Source: Eledone cirrhosa (lineage: Eukaryota). From it: 64,000 bases of DNA. The stretch spans positions 27,714,001 to 27,778,000 of the forward strand of contig OZ024740.1 in the NCBI GenBank assembly GCA_964016885.1. Reading direction: 5' to 3'. The stretch's first letter is position 1; the number at the start of each line of letters is the position of its first letter. Under the pieces are notes generated by a model. That model was given only the letters and a program-made list of their open reading frames with translations, did no database searches and was not told where the DNA came from. The position numbers and the translations under genes are program-made. Positions 56,201 through 64,000 of this stretch are shown in pieces.

Positions 56201-58500
56201 ATCAATATTACAGTTGGTAACATATTAGTAAGAACAATACCTTATGTCTATTGTAATCAACATTACAGTTGGTAACATAGTAGTAAGAACAATACCTTGT
56301 GTCTATTGTAATCTATATTACAGTTGGTAACATATTAGTAAGAGCAATACCTTGTGTCTATTGCAATCAATATTACAGTTGGTAACATATTAAAAAAGAG
56401 CAATACCTCGTGTCTAATGTAATCAATATTACAGTTGGTAACATATTAGTAAGAACAATACCTTGTGTCTATTGTAATCAATATTACAGTTGGTAACATA
56501 TTAGTAAGAGCAATCCCTTGTGTCTATTGTAATCAATATTACAGTTGGTAACATATTAGTAAGAGCAATACCTCGTGTCTAATGTAATCAATATCACAGT
56601 TGGTAACATATTAGTAAGAGCAATACCTCCTTGTGTCTATGGTAATCAATATTAAGGTTGGTAACATATTAGTAAGAGCAATACCTTGTGTCTATTGTAA
56701 TCAATATTACAGTTGGTAACACATTAGTAAGAGCAATACCTCGTGTCTATTGTAATCAATATTACAGTTGGTAAAATATTAGTAAGAGCAATACCTTGTG
56801 TCTATTGTAATCAATATTACAGTTGGTAACATATTAGTAAAGCAATACCTTGCGTCTATTGTAATCAATATTACAGTTGGTAACATATTAGTAAGAGCAA
56901 TACCTTGTGTCTATTGTAATCAATATTACAGTTGGTAACATATTAGTAAAAGCAATACGTTGTGTCTATTGTAATCAATATCACAGTTGGTAACAAATTA
57001 GTAAGAGCAATACCTTGTGTCTATTGTAATCAATATTACAGGTGGTAACATATTAGTAAGAGCAATACATTGTGTCTATTGTAATCAATATTACAGGTGG
57101 TAGCATATTAGTAAAAGCAATACCTTGTGTCTATTGTAATCAATATCACAGTTGGTAACATATTAGTAAGAGCAATACCTTGTGTCTATTGTAATCAATA
57201 TTACAGGTGGTAGCATATTAGTAAAAGCAATACCTTGTGTCTATTGTAATCAATATTACAGTTGGTAACATATTAGTAAGAGCAATACCTTGTGTCTATT
57301 GTAATCAATATTACAGTTGGTAACATATTAGTAAGAGCAATACTTTGTGTCTATTGTAATCAATATTACAGTTGGTAACATATTAGTAAAAGCAATACCT
57401 TGTGTCTATTGTAATCAATATTACAGTTGGTAACATATTAGTAAGAGCAATACCTTGTGTCTAATGTAATCAATATTACAGTTGGTAACATATTAGTAAG
57501 AGCAATACCTTGCGTCTATTGTAATCAATATTACAGTTGGTAACATATTAGTAAGAGCAATACCTTGTGTCTATTGTAATCAATATTACAGTTGGTAACA
57601 TATTAGTAAGAGCAATACCTTGTGTCTATTGTAATCAATATTACAGTTGGTAACATATTAGTAAGAGCAATACCTTGTGTCTATTGTAATCAATGTTACA
57701 GTTCGTAACATATTAGTAACAGCAATACCTTGCGTCCATTGTAATCAATATTACAGTTGGTAACATATTAGTAAGAGCAATACCTTGTGTCTATTGTAAT
57801 CAATATTACAGTTGGTAACATATTAGTAAGAGCAATACCTTGTGACTATTGTAATCAATATTACAGTTGGTAACATATTAGTAAGAGCAATACCTTGCGT
57901 CTATTGTTATCAATATTACAGTTGGTAACATATTAGTAAGAGCAATACCTTGCGTCTATTGTAATCAATATTACAGTTGGTAACATATTAGTAAGAGCAA
58001 TACCTTGTGTCTATTGTAATCAATATTACAGTTGGTAACATATTAGTAAAAGCAATACCTTGTGTCTTTTGTAATCAATATCACAGTTGGTAACATATTA
58101 GTAAGAGCAATACCTTGTGTCTATTGTAATCAATATTACAGTTGGTAACGTATTAGTAAGAGCAATACCTTGTGTCTATTGTAATCAATATTACAGTTGG
58201 TAACATATTATTAAGAGCAATAATTTGTGTCTATTGTAATCAATATTACTGTTGGTAACATATTAGTAAAAGCAATACCTTGTGTCTATTGTAATCAATA
58301 TTACAGTTGGTAACATATTAGTAAGAGCAATACCTTGCGTCTATTGTAATCAATATTACAGTTGGTAACATATTAGTAAGAGCAATACCTTGTGTCTATT
58401 GTAATCAATATAACATTTGGTAACATATTAGTAAGAGCAATACCTTGTGTCTATTGAAATCAATATTACAGTTGGTAACATATTAGTAAGAGCAATTCCT
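50280..58500. repeat. Cluster of ~42-45-monomer blocks with an intervening 18-monomer partial copy; boundaries approximate
   Basis: AATGTTACAGTTCG..GCGTCCATT near 51910, 55382 and 57695 (offsets 3472 and 2313). The TATTAAAAAAGAG variant occurs near 50603, 53081, 54075 and 56388. Landmarks at 50842, 53320, 54314 and 56627. Confidence 0.84.
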
Positions 58501-58539
58501 TGTGTCTATCGTAATCATTATTACAGTTGGTAACATATT

Positions 58540-61130
58540 AGTAAGAGCAATACCTTGCGTCTATTGTAATCAATAATACAGTTGGTAACATATTAGTAAG
58601 AGCAATACCTTGTGTCTATTGTAATCAATATTACAGTTGGTAACATATTAGTAAGAGCAATACCTTGTGTCTATTGTAATCAATATTACAGTTGGTAACA
58701 TATTAGTAAGAGCAATACCTTGTGTCTATTGTAATCAATATTACAGTTGGTAACATATTAGTAAGAGCAATACCTTGCGTCTATTGTAATCAATATTACA
58801 GTTGGTAACATATTAGTAAGAGCAATACCTTGTGTCTATTGTAATCAATATTAGAGTTGGTAACATATTAGTAAAAGCAATACCTTGTGTCTATTGTAAT
58901 CAATATCACAGTTGGTGACATATTAGTAAGAGCAATACCTTGTGTCTATTGTAATCAATATTACAGGTGGTAACATATTAGTAAGAGCAATACCTTGTGT
59001 CTATTGTAATCAAAATCACAGTTGGTAACATATAAGTAAGAGCAATACCTTGTGTCTATTGTAATCAATATTACAGGTGGTAGCATATTAGTAAAAGCAA
59101 TACCTTGTGTCTATTGTAATCAATATCACAGTTGGTAACATATTAGTAAGAGCAATACCTTGTGTCTATTGTAATCAATATTACAGGTGGTAGCATATTA
59201 GTAAAAGCAATACCTTGTGTCTATTGTAATCAATATTACAGTTGGTAACATATTAGTAAGAGCAATACCTTGTGTCTATTGTAATCAATATTACAGTTGG
59301 TAACATATTAGTAAGAGCAATACCTTGTGTCTATTGTAATCAATATTACAGTTGGTAACATATTAGTAAGAGCAATACCTTGTGTCTATTGTAATCAATA
59401 TTACAGGTGGTAGCATATTAGTAAAAGCAATACCTTGTGTCTATTGTAATCAATATTACAGTTGGTAACATATTAGTAAGAGCAATACCTTGTGTCTATT
59501 GTAATCAATATTACAGTTGGTAACATATTAGTAAGAGCAATACCTTGTGTCTATTGTAATCAATGTTACAGTTGGTAACATATTAGTAAGAACAATACCT
59601 TGTGTCTATTGTAATCAATATTACAGTTGGTAACATATTAGTAAGAGCAATGCCTTGTGTCTATTGTAATCAATATTACAGTTGGTAACATATTATTCAG
59701 AGCAATACCTTGTGTCTATTGTAATCAATATTACAGTTGGTAACATATTAGTAAGAGCAATACCTTGTGTCTATTGTAATCAATATTGCAGTTGTTAACA
59801 TATTAGTAAGAGCAATACCTTGTGTCTATTGTAATCAATATTACAGTTGTTAACATATTAGTAAGAGCAATACCTTGCGTCTATTGTAATCAATATTACA
59901 GGTGGTAACATATTAGTAAGAGCAATACCTTGTGTCTATTGTAATCAATATTACAGTTGGTAACATATTAGTAAGAGCAATACCTTGTGTCTATTGTAAT
60001 CAATATTACAGTTGGTAACATATTATTAAGAGCAATAATTTGTGTCTATTGTAAGCAATATTACTGTTGGTAACATATTAGTAAAAGCAATACCTTGTGT
60101 CTATTGTAATCAATATTACAGTTGGTAACATATTAGTAAGAGCAATACCTTGCGTCTATTGTAATCAATATTACAGTTGGTAACATATTAGTAAGAGCAA
60201 TACCTTGTGTCTATTGTAATCAATATTACATTTGGTAACATATTAGTAAGAGCAATACCTTGTGTCTATTGAAATCAATATTAAAGTTGGTAACATATTA
60301 GTAAGAGCAATACCTTGCGTCTATTGTAATCAATATTACAGTTGGTAACATATTAGTAAGAGCAATACCTTGTGTCTATTGTAATCAATATTACAGTTGG
60401 TAACATATTAGTAAGAGCAATACCTTGTGTCTATTGTAATCAATATTACAGTTGGTAACATATTAGTAAGAGCAATACCTTGTGTCTATTGTAATCAATA
60501 TTACAGTTGGTAACATATTAGTAAGAGCAATACCTTGCGTCTATTGTAATCAATATTACAGTTGGTAACATATTAGTAAGAGCAATACCTTGTGTCTATT
60601 GTAATCAATATTAGAGTTGGTAACATATTAGTAAAAGCAATACCTTGTGTCTATTGTAATCAATATCACAGTTGGTAACATATTAGTAAGAGCAATACCT
60701 TGTGTCTATTGTAATCAATATTACAGGTGGTAACATATTAGTAAGAGCAATACCTTGTGTCTATTGTAATCAAAATCACAGTTGGTAACATATAAGTAAG
60801 AGCAATACCTTGTGTCTATTGTAATCAATATTACAGGTGGTAGCATATTAGTAAAAGCAATACCTTGTGTCTATTGTAATCAATATCATAGTTGGTAACA
60901 TATTAGTAAGAGCAATACCTTGTGTCTCTTGTAATCAATATTACAGGTGGTAGCATATTAGTAAAAGCAATACCTTGTGTCTATTGTAATCAATATTACA
61001 GTTGGTAACATATTAGTAAGAGCAATACCTTGTGTCTATTGTAATCAATATTACAGTTGGTAACATATTAGTAAGAGCAATACCTTGTGTCTATTGTAAT
61101 CAATATTACAGTTGGTAACATATTAGTAAG
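58540..61130. repeat. Two related ~0.8 kb segments at a 32-monomer (1,760 bp) offset; boundaries approximate
   Basis: TTAGAGTTGG 58851/60611 and CAAAATCACA 59011/60771. Confidence 0.75.
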
Positions 61131-61789
61131 AGCAATACCTTGTGTCTATCGTAATCAATATTACAGTTGGTAACATATTAGTAAGAGCAATACCTTGTGT
61201 CTATTGTAATCAATATTACAGTTGGTAACATATTATTAAAAGCAATACCTCGTGTCTGTTGTAATCAATATTACAGTTTGTAACATATTAGTAAGAACAA
61301 TACCTCGTGTCTATTGTAATCAATATCGCAGTTGGTAACATATTAGTAAGAGCAATACCTCGTGTCTATTGTAATCAATATTACAGTTGGTAATATATTA
61401 GTAAGAGCAATACCTTGTGCCTATTGTAATCAATATTACAGTTGGTAACATATTAGTAAGAGCAATACCTCGTGTCTATTGTAATCAATATTACAGTTGG
61501 TAACATATTAGTAAGAGCAATACCTTGTGCCTATTGTAATCAATATTACAGTTGGTAACATATTAGTAAGAACAATACCTTGTGTATATTGTAATCAATA
61601 TTACAGTTGGTACCATATTAGTAAGAGCAATTCCTTGTGTCTATTGTAATCAATATTAGAGTTGGTAACATATTAGTAAGAGCAATACCTCGTGTCTATT
61701 GTAATCAATATTAAGGTTGGTAACATATTACTAAGAACAATACCTTGTGTCTATTGTAATCAATATTACAGGTGGTAACATATTAGTAA

Positions 61790-64000
61790 GAACAATACCT
61801 CGTGTATATTGTAATCAATATTACAGTTGGTAACATATTAGTAAGAGCAATACCGTGTGTCTATTGTAATCAATATTACAGTTGGTAACATATTAGTAAG
61901 AGTAATACCTTGTGTCTATTGTAATCAATATCACAGTTGGTAACATATTAGTAAGAGCAATACCGTGTGTCTATTGTAATCAATATCACATTTGGTAACA
62001 TATTAGTAAGAGCAATATATTGTGTCTATTGTAATCAATATTAGAGTTGGTAACATATTAGTAAGAGCAATATATTGTGTCTATTGTAATCAATATTTCA
62101 GTTAGTAACATATTAGTAAGAGCATTACCTTGTGTCTATTGTAATCAATATTACAGGTGATAACATATTAGTAAGAGCAATATATTGTGTCTTTCGTAAT
62201 CAATATTACAGTTGGTAACATATTAGTAAGAGCAATACCTTGTGTCTATTGTAATCAATATTACAGTTGGTAACATATTAGTAAGAGCAATACCTCGTGT
62301 CTATTGTAATAATCAATATTACAGTTGGTAACATATTAGTAAGAGCAATACCTTGTGTCTATTGTAATAATCAATATTACAGTTGGTAACATATTAGTAA
62401 GAGCAATACCTTGTGTCTATTGTAATCAATATTACAGTTGGTAACATATTAGTAAGAGCAATACCTTGTGTCTATTGTAATCAATATTACAGTTGGTAAC
62501 ACATTAGTAAGAGCAATACCTCGTGTCTATTGTAATCAATATTACAGTTGGTAAAATATTAGTAAGATCAATACCTTGTGTCTGTTGTAATCAATATTAC
62601 AGTTGGTAACATATTAGTAAGAGCAATACCTTGTGTCTATTGTAATCAATATTACAGTTGGTAACATATTAGTAAGAGCAATACCTTGTGTCTATTGTAA
62701 TCAATATTACAGTTGGTAACATATTGGTAAGAGCAATACCTTGTGTCTATTGTAATCAATATTACAGTTGGTAACATATTAGTAAGAGCAATACCTTGTG
62801 TCTATTGTAATCAATATCACAGTTGGTAACATATTAGTAAGAGCAATACCTTGTGTCTATTGTAATCAATATTACAGTTGGTAACATATTAGTAAGAGCA
62901 ATACCTTGTGTCTATTGTAATCAATATCACAGTTGGTAACATATTAGTAAGAGCAATACCTTGTGTCTATTGTAATCAATATCACAGTTGGTAACATATT
63001 AGTAAGAACAATACCTCGTGTATATTGTAATCAATATTACAGTTGGTAACACATTTGTAAGAGCAATACCTTGTGTCTATTGTAACCAATATCACAGTTG
63101 GTAACATATTAGTAAGAGCAATACCGTGTGTCTATTGTAATCAATATTACAGTTGGTAACATATTAGTAAGAGTAATACCTTGTGTCTATTGTAATCAAT
63201 ATCACAGTTGGTAACATATTAGTAAGAGCAATACCGTGTGTCTATTGTAATCAATATCACATTTGGTAATATATTAGTAAGAGCAATATATTGTGTCTAT
63301 TGTAATCAATATTAGAGTTGGTAACATATTAGTAAGAGCAATATATTGTGTCTATTGTAATCAATATTTCAGTTAGTAACATATTAGTAAGAGCATTACC
63401 TTGTGTCTATTGTAATCAATATTACAGGTGATAACATATTAGTAAGAGCAATATATTGTGTCTTTCGTAATCAATATTACAGTTGGTAACATATTAGTAA
63501 GAGCAATACCTTGTGTCTATTGTAATCAATATTACAGTTGGTAACATATTAGTAAGAGCAATACCTCGTGTCTATTGTAATAATCAATATTACAGTTGGT
63601 AACATATTAGTAAGAGCAATACCTTGTGTCTATTGTAATAATCAATATTACAGTTGGTAACATATTAGTAAGAGCAATACCTTGTGTCTATTGTAATCAA
63701 TATTACAGTTGGTAACATATTAGTAAGAGCAATACCTTGTGTCTATTGTAATCAATATTACAGTTGGTAACACATTAGTAAGAGCAATACCTCGTGTCTA
63801 TTGTAATCAATATTACAGTTGGTAAAATATTAGTAAGATCAATACCTTGTGTCTGTTATAATCAATATTACAGTTGGTAACATATTAGTAAGAGCAATAC
63901 CTTGTGTCTATTGTAATCAATATTACAGTTGGTAACATATTAGTAAGAGCAATACCTTGTGTCTATTGTAATCAATATTACAGTTGGTAACATATTGGTA
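61790..64000. repeat. 23-monomer (1,271 bp) duplication made of more diverged monomers; second copy runs to the window end
   Basis: TACCGTGTG 61851/63122, plus shared AGTAATACC, ATATATTGTG, TATTTCAGTTAG, GCATTACC, GGTGATAAC, CTTTCGTAAT, AAGATCAAT and two AAT insertions. Offset 1271 = 23 x 55 + 6. Confidence 0.88.

Larger units (their letters stand above)
1..64000. repeat. 55-bp AT-rich tandem satellite array, ~1,161 head-to-tail monomers in one orientation, running to both window edges
   Basis: Period read directly (CAGTTGGTAA at 221, 276, 331...). The last monomer starts at 63981; 63980 minus the net indel of 125 = 63855 = 1161 x 55. The consensus has 16 G+C in 55 bp. Most monomers are within a few substitutions of consensus. 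Confidence 0.99.

Noticed and set aside
471-63645. Most indel copies are +3 bp, hinting at frame preservation
   Set aside because: They derive from only two slippage events (CCT and AAT duplications) amplified by block copying. Several 1-bp indels also exist and there is no ORF to preserve.
1-64000. CRISPR array (regular period, palindromic segment)
   Set aside because: There are no unique spacers: the entire 55 bp is repeated with only point variants, and no leader or cas genes are present.
1-64000. Giant repetitive protein-coding ORF on either strand
   Set aside because: Both strands of the consensus contain several stop triplets. Because 55 is not a multiple of 3, every frame meets them within three monomers, so no long ORF is possible.
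1-64000. Hidden insertion, transposon or inversion within the array
   Set aside because: The register was followed end to end and observed small indels account exactly for the length. I saw no reverse-complement monomers or foreign sequence.
1-64000. Telomerase-type telomeric repeat or rolling-circle sequencing concatemer
   Set aside because: The unit is long and lacks a G-rich strand. Variants are inherited in ordered nested blocks, which fits genomic evolution, not random errors on one template.
1-64000. Variant monomers as a deliberate code or a diversity-generating cassette system
   Set aside because: The variant order is explained by ordinary duplication and deletion of blocks. No recombinase, reverse transcriptase or expression locus is present in the window.

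Overview
The whole 64 kb window is one uninterrupted, single-orientation tandem array (satellite DNA) of a 55-bp, ~29% GC monomer. Consensus: CAGTTGGTAACATATTAGTAAGAGCAATACCTTGTGTCTATTGTAATCAATATTA. Tracking the register by hand gives 1,161 full monomers plus a 20-bp partial one. The small indels I found sum to +125 bp and account exactly for the window length, so there is no sign of a foreign insertion. I find no CDS, RNA gene, transposon or CRISPR array. The information lies in the pattern of variant monomers. A 58-bp landmark monomer recurs 39 times, and multi-kb blocks of monomers have been duplicated and deleted in nested fashion (higher-order-repeat-like units of 16, 22, 23, 24, 32, 42, 63, 70 and 102 monomers, plus a copy 13.6 kb away). 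The variant repertoire switches near 42-43 kb, and a more diverged layer lies at the right end. This looks like eukaryotic heterochromatic or possibly centromeric satellite (inference); I do not recognise the family or the organism. I found no evidence for a novel protein-coding system.
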